Below the pieces are notes generated by a model that saw only the letters and a list, made by a program, of their open reading frames with translations, was not told where the DNA came from and ran no database searches. This document shows, one piece after another, positions 17,989 through 28,002 of a DNA stretch of 64,000 nucleotides. Source of the stretch: Halorutilales archaeon Cl-col2-1 (lineage in GTDB: Archaea; Halobacteriota; Halobacteria; Halobacteriales; Afararchaeaceae); NCBI GenBank assembly GCA_041891055.1, contig CP169074.1, positions 672,001 through 736,000 on the forward strand. Direction: 5' to 3'. The translations under genes and the position numbers were made by a program. Within the stretch, counting starts at the first letter, position 1, and the number at the start of each line of letters is the position of its first letter.

Positions 17989-19407
17989 TCAGGGCTTGTG
18001 TATCGCCTCGCCGACGGCGTCCTCACAAGCCTCCCTGAATGCCTCCGAGACCGTGGGGTGTGGATGTACAGTCATAGATACGTCGGAGACGAGAGCACCC
18101 ATCTCGACTGCGAGTGTCGCCTCCGAGATTAGCTCCGAGACGCCGTCGCCGACCATCTGTGCTCCGAGTATCGCCTCTGTCTCGGCGTCGACTACGACCT
18201 TCACGAAGCCGTCGTCCCTCGCCTTAGTTAGGGCGCGTCCCGACGCCGAGAACGGGAACCTGCCGACTCCGACATCGTATCCTCTGTCCTCTGCGTCTTC
18301 CCGAGTCATACCCACCGTGGCAATCTCGGGATCGGTGTAGATAACCGACGGAACCACGAACTCCGCCGCCGACGCCTCGCCCGAGATGACCTCAGCGGCG
18401 ACCTTAGCCTCGTGGTACGCCTTGTGTGCGAGAAGTGGCTCGCCCGCGACGTCCCCCGCCGCGAACACCGACGGGTTCGACGTCCTCATCTGATCGTCGA
18501 CGTGTATGTAGCCGTCGTCGTCGGTCTCAACGCCTGCTTTTTCGAGACGTAGTCCCGCGGTGGTCGGCTGTCTTCCGACTGCGACCAGGACGACGTCCGC
18601 CTCTATCTCACATTCGTCGTCGGCGACTGAGACGGATAACGTCACCGAGCCGTCCTCGTTCGTCTCTATACCCTCTGCACGTGCGTCCGTCTTTATCTCG
18701 ACTCCGATCTCGTCGGCTCTGTGTCTCACGGGCTCGACGACGTCTTCGGGCACGTTCGACAGAATCCTGTCGAGCGACTCTATAACGGTAACCTCGGAGC
18801 CGAGCTTCGCGTAAGCCGTGCCTAACTCGGTACCTATGTAACCCCCTCCGACTACTGCGAGCCTGTCTGGAACTTCTTCAAGTTCGAGTGCGCCCTTCGC
18901 GTCGACGACTCCCTCGTGGCTAGTCGGCAGGCTCGGCACCTCGATGGGCTCCGATCCCGTAGCGATTACACAGCTCTCGAACTCGATTATGTCGGTGCCC
19001 TCGTCGCCGACGACACGTAGCTCAGTCTCCGAGTCGAAGACCGCCTCGCCTCTCAGGACGTCGACCCCGTTCGCGTCTTCGAGCGACTCGACTCCCGAAG
19101 TCAGACGGTCGACGACGCCGTCCTTCCAGTCCTGAAGCCTCTCGAAGTCGAGACTGACGTCTTCCTCGTCCGCTCCTACTCCCATCTCCGACGAGCTTAC
19201 GGAGTCGTGGTAGACGCCGGCGGCGTGTATCAGTGACTTCGAGGGTATACAGCCCTCATTGAGACAGACGCCTCCGAGATCCCTCCTCTTCTCAACGAGA
19301 GCCACGTCCTTACCGAGCTGTGAGAGACGTATAGCCGCGAGGTATCCCGCCGGTCCGCCGCCGACAACGACCGACTCGACCTCCTTCGAGAACTCACCTA
19401 CTACCAT
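17989..19407 (-). CDS. lpdA: Dihydrolipoyl dehydrogenase (E3)
   Basis: GGVCLNEGCIPSK, HPHPTVSE. Confidence 0.96.
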   Translation of the reverse strand: MVVGEFSKEVESVVVGGGPAGYLAAIRLSQLGKDVALVEKRRDLGGVCLNEGCIPSKSLIHAAGVYHDSVSSSEMGVGADEEDVSLDFERLQDWKDGVVDRLTSGVESLEDANGVDVLRGEAVFDSETELRVVGDEGTDIIEFESCVIATGSEPIEVPSLPTSHEGVVDAKGALELEEVPDRLAVVGGGYIGTELGTAYAKLGSEVTVIESLDRILSNVPEDVVEPVRHRADEIGVEIKTDARAEGIETNEDGSVTLSVSVADDECEIEADVVLVAVGRQPTTAGLRLEKAGVETDDDGYIHVDDQMRTSNPSVFAAGDVAGEPLLAHKAYHEAKVAAEVISGEASAAEFVVPSVIYTDPEIATVGMTREDAEDRGYDVGVGRFPFSASGRALTKARDDGFVKVVVDAETEAILGAQMVGDGVSELISEATLAVEMGALVSDVSMTVHPHPTVSEAFREACEDAVGEAIHKP

Positions 19408-19408
19408 C

Positions 19409-20728
19409 TTATCCCTCGATTAGTAGGAGATCGGGATCTTCGAGATGGTCTATGACCTCGTTCATGAACTCGGCGGCGTAGGCTCCATCGATTATACGGT
19501 GGTCGAACGACAGCGAGAGGGGCATCATCTTTCTGATCTCGACCTCTCCGTCGACCACGACCGGTTCGTCGTCTATGACGCCGGTTCCGAGTATTCCGAC
19601 CTCGGGGTAGTTTATGACGGGGGTGCCGTACTTGCCCCCTATCGAACCCCAGTTCGAGATAGTGAAGGTGCCGCCCCTCATGTCGTCGAGTTCGAGGTCA
19701 CGGCTCCGTGCCCTCTCTGCGAGTTGGTTTATCTCCCTCGCTATCTCGATCACCGTCTTGCCGTCGGCGTTCTTGATGTTGGGCACGAGGAGACCGTCGT
19801 CCGTGGCGACCGCCATACCGATGTTGTAGTAGTCCTTCTCAACTATCTCGCCCGTCTTCTCGTCTATCGACGCGTTGAGGAGCGGGTACTCCTTGAGTGC
19901 GGCAACGACTGCCTTGACCACGAACGGCGTGTAGGTGAGATGGACGCCTTTCTCCTCGACCTTCTGTTTCTCTTTCTCACGTATCTCGACGAGCTTCGAG
20001 ACGTCGGCGTCGTCGGTCGCTGTGACGTGGGGGGCAGTGTACTTCGACCGCGAGGTTCTGTTGGCTATGCTCCGTCTCGTCCCCGAGAGAGACGTCCTCT
20101 CCACGTCACCCCATCTCTCGAAGTCGTACTCCTTGGGCTCGAAACGCCGACCCGAGAACTCGGGAGCCTCTTCTTTCTCTGTCTCGGGCTCTTCTTCCTC
20201 GACTACTTCGGCTTCTTCACCTTCATCCTCAGTTTCGGCGAAGCTGCGCACGTCGTCCTTAGTGACACGTCCTCCGGGACCTGTCCCCTCGACCTCGTCT
20301 ATCTCGATCCCCTTCTCACGCGCGAACTTACGTGTCGACGGCGCGGCGAGAGTCTTCTTCGTAGTCTTCGGCTCTTTCTCCGGCTCCGACTCGCCGTCTT
20401 TGTCTGTGGGTTCCTCGGCTTCTTCTTCGTCGGCTTCGTCTCCTGGAGCCGTCTCTTCTGCGGCTTCTTCGGTCGTCTCCTCGCCCCCGTCTTCGCCGTT
20501 TATCGTGACTATGACCTCGCCGACCTTTATGACGTCGCCGGGATTGGCGTGTAGCTCCGAGACTGTGCCGCTCGTCGGCGAAGGTACGTCGACTACGGCT
20601 TTGTCTGTCTCGACCTGTGCGAGAACGTCGTCTTCCTCGACGGCGTCGCCCTCGTCGACCTGCCACTCGAGTAGGGTGCCTTCCGTCACGCCCTCTCCGA
20701 CGTCGGGAAACTCGAACTCTGTTACCAT
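19409..20728 (-). CDS. 2-oxoacid dehydrogenase E2 (dihydrolipoamide acyltransferase)
   Basis: Lipoyl ETDKA, E3-binding GTGPGGRV, catalytic DHRIIDG. Confidence 0.95.
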   Translation of the reverse strand: MVTEFEFPDVGEGVTEGTLLEWQVDEGDAVEEDDVLAQVETDKAVVDVPSPTSGTVSELHANPGDVIKVGEVIVTINGEDGGEETTEEAAEETAPGDEADEEEAEEPTDKDGESEPEKEPKTTKKTLAAPSTRKFAREKGIEIDEVEGTGPGGRVTKDDVRSFAETEDEGEEAEVVEEEEPETEKEEAPEFSGRRFEPKEYDFERWGDVERTSLSGTRRSIANRTSRSKYTAPHVTATDDADVSKLVEIREKEKQKVEEKGVHLTYTPFVVKAVVAALKEYPLLNASIDEKTGEIVEKDYYNIGMAVATDDGLLVPNIKNADGKTVIEIAREINQLAERARSRDLELDDMRGGTFTISNWGSIGGKYGTPVINYPEVGILGTGVIDDEPVVVDGEVEIRKMMPLSLSFDHRIIDGAYAAEFMNEVIDHLEDPDLLLIEG

Positions 20729-20745
20729 GTTATCTAACTATATTT

Positions 20746-21747
20746 TTAGAAGTCGGCTGTCTGACGTACTGCTTCGGCGATCTGTTCCTTGTCCGGCATA
20801 TACGCACCCTCCCTCTCGGGGAAGGGATACGGGACGTCGGGTGCTGTGACTCTCTCGACGGGAGCTTCGAGATAGAGGAGAGCCTCGTCGTTGATACGTG
20901 AGACGACCTCCGACGATACCCCGAGCGTCCTCGGAGCCTCCTGTACTACGACACATCTCCCCGTCTTCTTGACCGACTCGACGACTGTCTCGGCGTCTAG
21001 AGGAGAGACAGTCCTGAGATCGATAACTTCGACCGACACTTCGACCTCGTCGACTGCCTTGAGGCTCTCTCTCACCATCGCACCCCAGCTTACGAGACTG
21101 ACGTCGTCGCCCTCTGAGACGACTCTCGCCTCCTCTAACGGAACCGTGTGTTCGCCCTCTGGTACGTCTTCTCTGAACGCCCTGTAGAGCTTCTTGGGTT
21201 CGAGGAAGACAACGGGGTCGGGGTCACGTATTGCAGACGTGAGGAGACCCTTGGCGTCCGAGGGATTCGAGGGTATCACGACCTTGAGACCCGGTATGTG
21301 TGAGTAAGCAGCCTCGAAGCTCTCGGAGTGGTGTTCGAGTGCGTGGACTCCACCGCCGTAGGGTGCTCTGATAGTGATGGGACAGTTATAGCTCCCGCGC
21401 GACCTCGACCTGAGACGTGAGACGTGCTGTTTTATCTGGTGGAACGCCTGTGGCATGAATCCCGAGAACTGTATCTCAACTACGGGTCTCTTTCCGTAGA
21501 CTCCCATCCCGACCGCCGTTCCCACGATTCCCGCCTCAGCGAGGGGCGTATCGTATATCCTGTCGGGGTACTCGTCAATTATACCCTTCGTCGTTCTGAA
21601 TACGCCGCCGTCGACCCCGACGTCCTCTCCGTAGATCACCATCTTCTCGTCACGCCCCATCTCGTCGTGGAGTGTCTGCCTTACCGACTCGACGAGGTTT
21701 AGCTCGTTGTTACTGTCGTTCCCGTCGCCGTTCTGGTTCTGTGTCAC
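20746..21747 (-). CDS. pdhB: 2-oxoacid dehydrogenase E1 beta subunit
   Basis: GEDVGVDGGVFR, DTPLAE, EHHSES; GTG start overlapping the E1 alpha stop (GTGA). Confidence 0.92.
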   Translation of the reverse strand: MTQNQNGDGNDSNNELNLVESVRQTLHDEMGRDEKMVIYGEDVGVDGGVFRTTKGIIDEYPDRIYDTPLAEAGIVGTAVGMGVYGKRPVVEIQFSGFMPQAFHQIKQHVSRLRSRSRGSYNCPITIRAPYGGGVHALEHHSESFEAAYSHIPGLKVVIPSNPSDAKGLLTSAIRDPDPVVFLEPKKLYRAFREDVPEGEHTVPLEEARVVSEGDDVSLVSWGAMVRESLKAVDEVEVSVEVIDLRTVSPLDAETVVESVKKTGRCVVVQEAPRTLGVSSEVVSRINDEALLYLEAPVERVTAPDVPYPFPEREGAYMPDKEQIAEAVRQTADF

Positions 21748-22811
21748 TCTTCCACCCCCTGTCTCGCCTCCATCTGTCTCAACAGTCCGTCGGGGATCTC
21801 GTCGTAGACGTATCTGTAGATGTCGGCTGGGTCTGCTTCTGCCTTCTTCTGCTTCAGGCTCTCGACAGCGTCGTCGACCTCGGAGTCTATCTCCTCCTCG
21901 ATCTCTCGTATCCCCTCGTCGTCGAAGACGTCCCTGTGTCTCAGGAGTTTCTCGATCCTGTCTATGGGGTCTCTCTGCTTCCATCTCTTGACCTCCTCCT
22001 CGTCCCTGTATACTGAGGGATCGTCCGACGTCGTGTGCATCGAGAGACGGTAGGTGACTGCCTCTACCATCTGTGGCTCACCCTGTCTCGCCTTTTCGAG
22101 GGCGTCGCGTGTGGCTTTATAGACTGCGAGGAGGTCGTTCCCGTCGACCTGTACGGCTTCGACCCCCGCACTCACCGCCTTCTGTGCGAGTGTCTCCGAC
22201 TCTGTCTGTTCTTCGCGCGGGAGAGAGATAGCGTACTGGTTGTTCTGGCAGACGAAGACGGTATGGGCGTCGAAGACGTTAGCGAAGTTGAGTGCCTCGT
22301 GGAAGTCGCCCTCCGAGGTCGCTCCGTCGCCGAAGTAGACGAGTGACGCCGAGTTGTCGTCTTCTAACTCCTGTGCCCATCCTATACCCGCGGCGTGTAC
22401 GGTCTGTGACGCGACGGGAACCGCTGGAGGGAGGTCGTTTCTGTCGTGTATCTCGGCACCCTCTTCGAGTCCTGCGTCGTACCACAGGAGAGCCTCCATA
22501 GGTGCTCCACGTGTGAGGAAGGCGGGCTTCTCACGGAAAGACGGAACCATCCAGTCCTCGTCTTCGAGAGCGTACGCCGAGCCGACCTGCGCCGCCTCCT
22601 GTCCTATTGCGGGTGCGAATGTGCCTATCTCACCCCTTCTCTGGAGGCTGATAGCCCTCTCGTCGAGAGCCCTCGCCCTCTTCATCGTCTTGTACATACT
22701 CACGAGGTCGTCGTCCGAGAGGTCGGGTTCGAGGCTCTCGTCGAGGTTACCGTCCTCGTCGAGTACCTCTAACCTCTCTATCTCGAACGAAGCGACCTTT
22801 TCTCGGGGCAT
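21744..22811 (-). CDS. pdhA: 2-oxoacid dehydrogenase E1 alpha subunit
   Basis: TPP motif GDGATSEGD...NN; HTTSDDPSVYR. Confidence 0.93.
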   Translation of the reverse strand: MPREKVASFEIERLEVLDEDGNLDESLEPDLSDDDLVSMYKTMKRARALDERAISLQRRGEIGTFAPAIGQEAAQVGSAYALEDEDWMVPSFREKPAFLTRGAPMEALLWYDAGLEEGAEIHDRNDLPPAVPVASQTVHAAGIGWAQELEDDNSASLVYFGDGATSEGDFHEALNFANVFDAHTVFVCQNNQYAISLPREEQTESETLAQKAVSAGVEAVQVDGNDLLAVYKATRDALEKARQGEPQMVEAVTYRLSMHTTSDDPSVYRDEEEVKRWKQRDPIDRIEKLLRHRDVFDDEGIREIEEEIDSEVDDAVESLKQKKAEADPADIYRYVYDEIPDGLLRQMEARQGVEE

Positions 22812-22897
22812 ACCCGGATTACAGATATTAGCGACTTAATACTGTCGCCGATTCTGTCGCCGAAAGGGTTAGGAAACTGGCTCGCCGAAGACCCAAC

Positions 22898-23494
22898 ATG
22901 GAAGAGATACGTGACGAAGTCGCCGAACACAGACAGCCTGAGTACGACATAGACCCGATCTTCGTCAACAGGTGGTCGCCGCGTTCGATGACTGGCGAGA
23001 CGGTCGACGACGATCTGATGGCGATCTTCGAGGCGGCGAGATGGGCACCCTCGTCTTACAATAATCAGCCGTGGAGGTTCGTCTACGCGACGAGGGACGG
23101 CGACGACTGGGAAGGCTTTCTCGACCTACTCTCGGAGGGCAACACGACGTGGGCGAAGGACGCGGGCGTTCTCGTCGTGGTACTCTCGAAGACGACCTTC
23201 GACTACAACGGCGAGTACTCACGCACACATTCATTCGACACGGGATCGGCGTGGCAGAACCTCGCTCTCGAAGGCGCGAGACGTGGTCTCGTCGTCCACG
23301 CTATGCAGGGATTCGACTACGACGCCGCGGAAAAACTCGTCGACGCCCCCGACGGGTACGAGGTCGAGGCTATGGTCGCGATAGGAGAGCGCGCTCCGGC
23401 TGAGGAGCTACCCGATGACCTGCGCGAGAACGAGTACCCGAACGGGAGGAAGGGACTCGATGAGACAGTCTTCGAGGGACGTCTCGAAGACTGA
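22898..23494 (+). CDS. Nitroreductase family protein
   Basis: RWSPR, WAPSSYNNQPW. Confidence 0.92.
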   Translation: MEEIRDEVAEHRQPEYDIDPIFVNRWSPRSMTGETVDDDLMAIFEAARWAPSSYNNQPWRFVYATRDGDDWEGFLDLLSEGNTTWAKDAGVLVVVLSKTTFDYNGEYSRTHSFDTGSAWQNLALEGARRGLVVHAMQGFDYDAAEKLVDAPDGYEVEAMVAIGERAPAEELPDDLRENEYPNGRKGLDETVFEGRLED

Positions 23495-23552
23495 GATAAG
23501 ACCGGACAGACCGGGCATACATTTTTCCGTCTCAGAGTCGATATCCGCGTAG

Positions 23553-24470
23553 ATGCCCCCTAACACCCGGAAGCCCGACTGGCTCCGACAGAGATGGAAC
23601 CCCGACAGGCAAGAATTCGAGGGGATAAAGAGCAAGCTACGTGAGAAGGGTCTCGTGACAGTCTGTGAGGAGGCTTCGTGTCCCAATATCGACGAATGTT
23701 GGTCCGACGAGGGGACTGCTACCTTCATGATACTCGGCGACACGTGTACGAGAAGCTGTGGATTCTGTGACGTGAAGACGGGTGAGGGTGACAGCCTCGA
23801 TCCCACGGAGCCTCAGAGAGTCGCCGAAGCCGTCGAGGAGATAGGTCTCGACTACGCCGTAATAACCTCGGTCGACCGTGACGACCTCCCCGACTCGGGG
23901 GCGTCACAGTTCGCCGAGACAGTCCGACGTGTGAGACAGACGGGGGCTCTCGTCGAGACTCTGATACCTGACTTCGGGGGATCGACGGACGACCTGAGGA
24001 AAGTCGTCGACGAGAAGCCGACAGTCCTCGCCCACAACGTCGAGACAGTCGAACGTCTCCAGGAGAAGGTGCGTGATCCGAGGGCGGGATACGGACAGTC
24101 GCTCGACGTTCTGAGGAAGGCGAAGGAGATCGACGAGACACGAGAGATCTTCACGAAGTCGTCTCTGATGCTGGGTGTCGGAGAGACTGACGACGAGGTT
24201 CTCGGTACGATGGACGATCTACTTGACGCTGGGGTCGACATACTCACCCTCGGACAGTATCTCTCGCCTTCCGACGACCACATCGAGATCGAGGAGTATG
24301 TCCCGCCAGAAAAATTCGACTACTACGCCGAGGTCGCCGAAGAGAAGGGCTTCAGATTCGTGGCATCGGGACCCTTCGTGAGAAGCAGTTACAGGGCGGG
24401 TGAGCTCTTCGTCTCAAATACCGTGAACGGAGACAGCGACGCCGATACACAGCCGCGTCCTATCTCATGA
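23553..24470 (+). CDS. lipA: Lipoyl synthase
   Basis: CEEASCPNIDECW, CTRSCGFC, RSSY. Confidence 0.96.
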   Translation: MPPNTRKPDWLRQRWNPDRQEFEGIKSKLREKGLVTVCEEASCPNIDECWSDEGTATFMILGDTCTRSCGFCDVKTGEGDSLDPTEPQRVAEAVEEIGLDYAVITSVDRDDLPDSGASQFAETVRRVRQTGALVETLIPDFGGSTDDLRKVVDEKPTVLAHNVETVERLQEKVRDPRAGYGQSLDVLRKAKEIDETREIFTKSSLMLGVGETDDEVLGTMDDLLDAGVDILTLGQYLSPSDDHIEIEEYVPPEKFDYYAEVAEEKGFRFVASGPFVRSSYRAGELFVSNTVNGDSDADTQPRPIS

Positions 24471-25218
24471 GGTTCCAGTCGTCGGATCTGTATCTGTCGT
24501 CGGCTATCTCCTCGGCGAGCGACTCCTCCTCATCTGTCAGAGTCCCCTCGTAGGTCTCTCTTCGGCTGCTGAGACCCGACTTTACAGCCTCGTAGGTCTC
24601 TTCTACCGAGACATCGACCCGACGGCTCACCGAGGTCACCCTGTCGTAGACCGAGTCGACGTGTTTGTCGGAGATCTTGTCGACGTCGGGCTGGAGATAC
24701 CGGAACATCTTCCTCGGATTCACGGAGTGGAGCACGGTGCCGTGCTGGAGTAAAACACCTTCGCGGCGTGTCTGTGCGCTCCCCGAAATCTTCCTTCCGT
24801 CGGCTACTATGTCGTTGACGGGCTCGAACTCCGCCTCTATACCGAGACTCCCGAGACCCTCTATGACGTCTCCACAGATGCTCCTGTACGACTCGGTTAT
24901 GTCGTCGCTGAATCTCTCGACGGGCGCGGCTATGCTGTAGGTCACCTCGCCCTCGGAGTCATGGAAGACCGCACCGCCTCCTGTTCTGCGTCTCACGAAC
25001 TCGATACCGTCCTCTCGGCACGCCTGGGTGTCGACCTCATCGTCGACCGAACCGAAGTAGCCGACAGAGACCGCCGACGGCTCCCATCTGTATATACGGA
25101 TAGTGGGGGGTGATCTGCCGTCACGTATCTCCTTCGAGACAGCCTCGTCTATCGCCATGTTCGTCGGGGCATCGGAGGCTCCGTCCTCGATCACGCGCCA
25201 CTCTGTCGTCCCAGACAT
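24460..25218 (-). CDS. lplA: Lipoate-protein ligase A catalytic subunit
   Basis: RRRTGGGAVFHD, KISGSAQ, QHGT. Confidence 0.88.
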   Translation of the reverse strand: MSGTTEWRVIEDGASDAPTNMAIDEAVSKEIRDGRSPPTIRIYRWEPSAVSVGYFGSVDDEVDTQACREDGIEFVRRRTGGGAVFHDSEGEVTYSIAAPVERFSDDITESYRSICGDVIEGLGSLGIEAEFEPVNDIVADGRKISGSAQTRREGVLLQHGTVLHSVNPRKMFRYLQPDVDKISDKHVDSVYDRVTSVSRRVDVSVEETYEAVKSGLSSRRETYEGTLTDEEESLAEEIADDRYRSDDWNLMR

Positions 25219-25512
25219 CTACTCGACGCCTCCGTAGGCTTCGAGGGCGGTCTCGGCGACTGTCTCGGCTGTTATCCCTACCATCTCTATGTTTTCGTCG
25301 TCGATACGTTGCCTCAGACGCGTCTCTATCCTGTCTCCATCTTCGGTAGAGATAGAGTTCTCGACCTGGCTTTCGACTGTCCCGATCCCCGACTCGGGAT
25401 AGACGAAGAAGTCACCGACTATCTCGACACTGACGCCTTCTTCGGTCTCCGTAACCCTGACTTTCACGAACTTCCCGCCGTCGACCTTCTTCGAGGCTTC
25501 CGAGACTGACAT
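25219..25512 (-). CDS. Lipoate-protein ligase C-terminal accessory subunit (LplB-like)
   Basis: KVDGGKFVKV...IVGDFFVYPE; abuts lplA. Confidence 0.75.
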   Translation of the reverse strand: MSVSEASKKVDGGKFVKVRVTETEEGVSVEIVGDFFVYPESGIGTVESQVENSISTEDGDRIETRLRQRIDDENIEMVGITAETVAETALEAYGGVE

Positions 25513-25543
25513 GGATCGCTCTACGCCACCGAATGACAAAAGT

Positions 25544-25948
25544 TCACTCCCGAAGACGTTGTTGTGACCGCGACTCGGGTTTCTCACGTGTGAGGGTCTC
25601 GATAACTGACTCGACGAACTCCACGAAGCTTGCGAACTCTTCCTCGCCGACGTCGCCGTCTTCGAGTCTGAGTTCGAGGTCTTCCGAGACCTCTCCCAGG
25701 TCGAACCCGTCGGATAGTTCGTATCCCGACTCCGTCTCGTCTATCCATCCTCTGTGAATCAGCGTCAGACCGAGATGGACACCGACGTTCTCGTAACGTC
25801 TCGGGAGTTCGGACTCCTCGACCGCCTTCTGTACGGTCTCGACATCGTAGACTGTGTTCGAGATATTCGTACAGACTCCCTCGAAGACGATACCGTTGTA
25901 TGAGTTGGCTGTCACTGGTCTGAGGTAGGTTAGTTCTCGGGTACCCAT
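25544..25948 (-). CDS. Hypothetical protein
   Basis: Acidic ORF with host-like composition. Confidence 0.6.
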   Translation of the reverse strand: MGTRELTYLRPVTANSYNGIVFEGVCTNISNTVYDVETVQKAVEESELPRRYENVGVHLGLTLIHRGWIDETESGYELSDGFDLGEVSEDLELRLEDGDVGEEEFASFVEFVESVIETLTREKPESRSQQRLRE

Positions 25949-26005
25949 ATCAGTAACGACTAACCGGAGAAAACGAGTTAAGCCCTCGACACGTAACTAC
26001 CGACT

Positions 26006-26311
26006 ATGAGATCCGAATCCCAAGAGAGACGTCTGGCCGAGAGTATCAGAGACGGGATCGAGTTCACGACCCCCGAGGACGAGCGCGTCGAGAAGGTCGA
26101 GAAAGCCGAGACACTCCACGACTTCTGCCTCGGACGTGAAGATAAGAACTGTCTCGCGGGATTCGTCGACCATCTTCTCGAAGAGGGTCAGGAAGACGTA
26201 GTCTATGACATTCTCGTACGGCTAGAGGAGATACGTGAGGAGGCAGAAGACGACGAGGCTGAGAAGACGCGCGACGAGATCGAGTACATCGTCGAGAGTC
26301 TCCCGTCCTGA
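26006..26311 (+). CDS. Hypothetical protein
   Basis: Acidic ORF, 6 bp before the methyltransferase. Confidence 0.65.
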   Translation: MRSESQERRLAESIRDGIEFTTPEDERVEKVEKAETLHDFCLGREDKNCLAGFVDHLLEEGQEDVVYDILVRLEEIREEAEDDEAEKTRDEIEYIVESLPS

Positions 26312-26317
26312 CCTGAG

Positions 26318-26959
26318 ATGCCTAAGACAGATCCCTTCGACGAACACACCCAACGTTACGACGACTGGTTCGAGAGACATCCCCACGCTTACGCCGCAGA
26401 GGTCGAGGCAGTCCGCCGTTTCCTGCCTGACGATGTCGATCCCGACAGGGCACTCGAAGTCGGTGTCGGAACGGGCAGGTTCGCCGACTCTCTCGGCATG
26501 GGTCTCGGACTCGATCCTTCGAGGAGTATGCTCTCAGTCGCGCGTTCGAGAGGTATTGAGTCAGTCTTAGGGGTTGCCGAGAACCTACCCTTCCGGAGTT
26601 CGAGCCTCGACGTCTGTCTCATAGTGACGACGGTCTGTTTTGTCGACAGCATTCCCGAGACGTTAGAAGAGACGAGACGTGTTCTGAGAGACGGCGGTGC
26701 TGTCGTCCTCGGATACATCGACCGTGAGAGTCCTCTCGGAGGGAAATACGAGGAGAAGAAGGACGAAAATCCGTTCTACGCCGACGCCGACTTCGTGTCG
26801 ACGCGCGAAATCGTCTCACAGCTTGAGGACGCTGGCTTCGGCGAGTTCGACTTCGCACAGACGCTCTTCAACGGTCTCGGCGAGATAGATGAAGACGAGA
26901 CTGTCGAAGAAGGATACGGCGACGCGTCTTTCGTGGCTCTCAGAGGAGTAGCCGACTAG
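26318..26959 (+). CDS. Class I SAM-dependent methyltransferase
   Basis: LEVGVGTGRF, AENLPF, RVLRDGG. Confidence 0.9.
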   Translation: MPKTDPFDEHTQRYDDWFERHPHAYAAEVEAVRRFLPDDVDPDRALEVGVGTGRFADSLGMGLGLDPSRSMLSVARSRGIESVLGVAENLPFRSSSLDVCLIVTTVCFVDSIPETLEETRRVLRDGGAVVLGYIDRESPLGGKYEEKKDENPFYADADFVSTREIVSQLEDAGFGEFDFAQTLFNGLGEIDEDETVEEGYGDASFVALRGVAD

Positions 26960-27336
26960 TTCTCTAGTTCAGACAGGAGTTTTATCAGTCCTTCAGGCGA
27001 GACGCCTATCTTGTTCGCCCAGTTCTCGACGGCTACGTCACCGGGGCTGAGATCCTCGACGTTTCCGTCCCCGACCAGGACAGCGTAAGCCTGCCTGACC
27101 TCGTGATCTTTCTCGGAGACGTCGGATGTCGAGGTCGAGTTAGTCCCAGACTCAGAGGCTTTCTCCGACAGTCCGTACAGCCCACCCCCGAAATTCGTGA
27201 CGTCGCCGGACTCTTCAAGCCGGTCAAGAGCGTCTCTGACCTCTTCCTCAGACAGACCTAGGTCTCGGGACAGGTTCGAGACGACGTTCCGTCCCTCACG
27301 GAGCTTCGAAAGAATCTTTCTCGAAGCTTCGTCCAT
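26956..27336 (-). CDS. Winged-helix DNA-binding protein
   Basis: N-terminal KILSKL...LSRDLGLSEEEVRDALDRLEESG. Confidence 0.65.
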   Translation of the reverse strand: MDEASRKILSKLREGRNVVSNLSRDLGLSEEEVRDALDRLEESGDVTNFGGGLYGLSEKASESGTNSTSTSDVSEKDHEVRQAYAVLVGDGNVEDLSPGDVAVENWANKIGVSPEGLIKLLSELEN

Positions 27337-27349
27337 GAAAACAGAAAGT

Positions 27350-27913
27350 CTACTCCAGAATCGGCTCGAAGTCGCTTATCTCGTCGAGACTGTCCTGTAT
27401 ACGGCGTAGCTTCCGTCTTATCTCCCTCATCTTCTCCTCCGTGATCTCCTCGGTCTCGAAGAGTGTCTCCTCTATCTGACTGTTGAGACTCGTTATCTCC
27501 TCAAGCTCGGGCTCGAGGTCGTCGAGCCTGTCAAGGACGTTCTCTACCGACTCCCTGAAGTCCTCCTCCGACGAGACGAGAGCCATCTTCCTCACCGAGT
27601 CAGAGTGACCTTCTACTATCTCCTTTATCTCGTCTACGATGTCTGACGAAGCACCGTTATATATAAAGACCTCACCGCCCTTCTCGGAGACCCCCTCCTC
27701 CATAAGTACCTCAAAGAGACGTTCGTGCGACTCCTGGTCGTAGCCGCTTACAGTGTACTTACCCCGAGTCCACGCACGGTTGAGTGGACGGACTATCTCA
27801 ACCTCGACGTCTTCGAGACCCGCGAGGCTTTCGAGATCAGACCTCATCTCCTCGTACCCCTCCGACGGGTTGTTGTACCCCTCAAACTCAAAACCCTGAG
27901 TTACTTTTGTCAT
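27350..27913 (-). CDS. Hypothetical protein with C-terminal coiled coil
   Basis: Acidic ORF with a heptad-rich C-half. Confidence 0.6.
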   Translation of the reverse strand: MTKVTQGFEFEGYNNPSEGYEEMRSDLESLAGLEDVEVEIVRPLNRAWTRGKYTVSGYDQESHERLFEVLMEEGVSEKGGEVFIYNGASSDIVDEIKEIVEGHSDSVRKMALVSSEEDFRESVENVLDRLDDLEPELEEITSLNSQIEETLFETEEITEEKMREIRRKLRRIQDSLDEISDFEPILE

Positions 27914-28002
27914 GGATAGTTATGTAAAGCATTAATCAGTTATAAACGAGGAGTAGTTAAAACTTCCCTTTGACGGGGGTATCCCGAGGAGGCGGGGCTG
28001 TC

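Noticed and set aside
21748-21984. Long Arg-rich N-terminal extension of E1 beta in the ORF track
   Set aside because: Overlaps E1 alpha; a GTG start coupled to the alpha stop at 21747 is more plausible.
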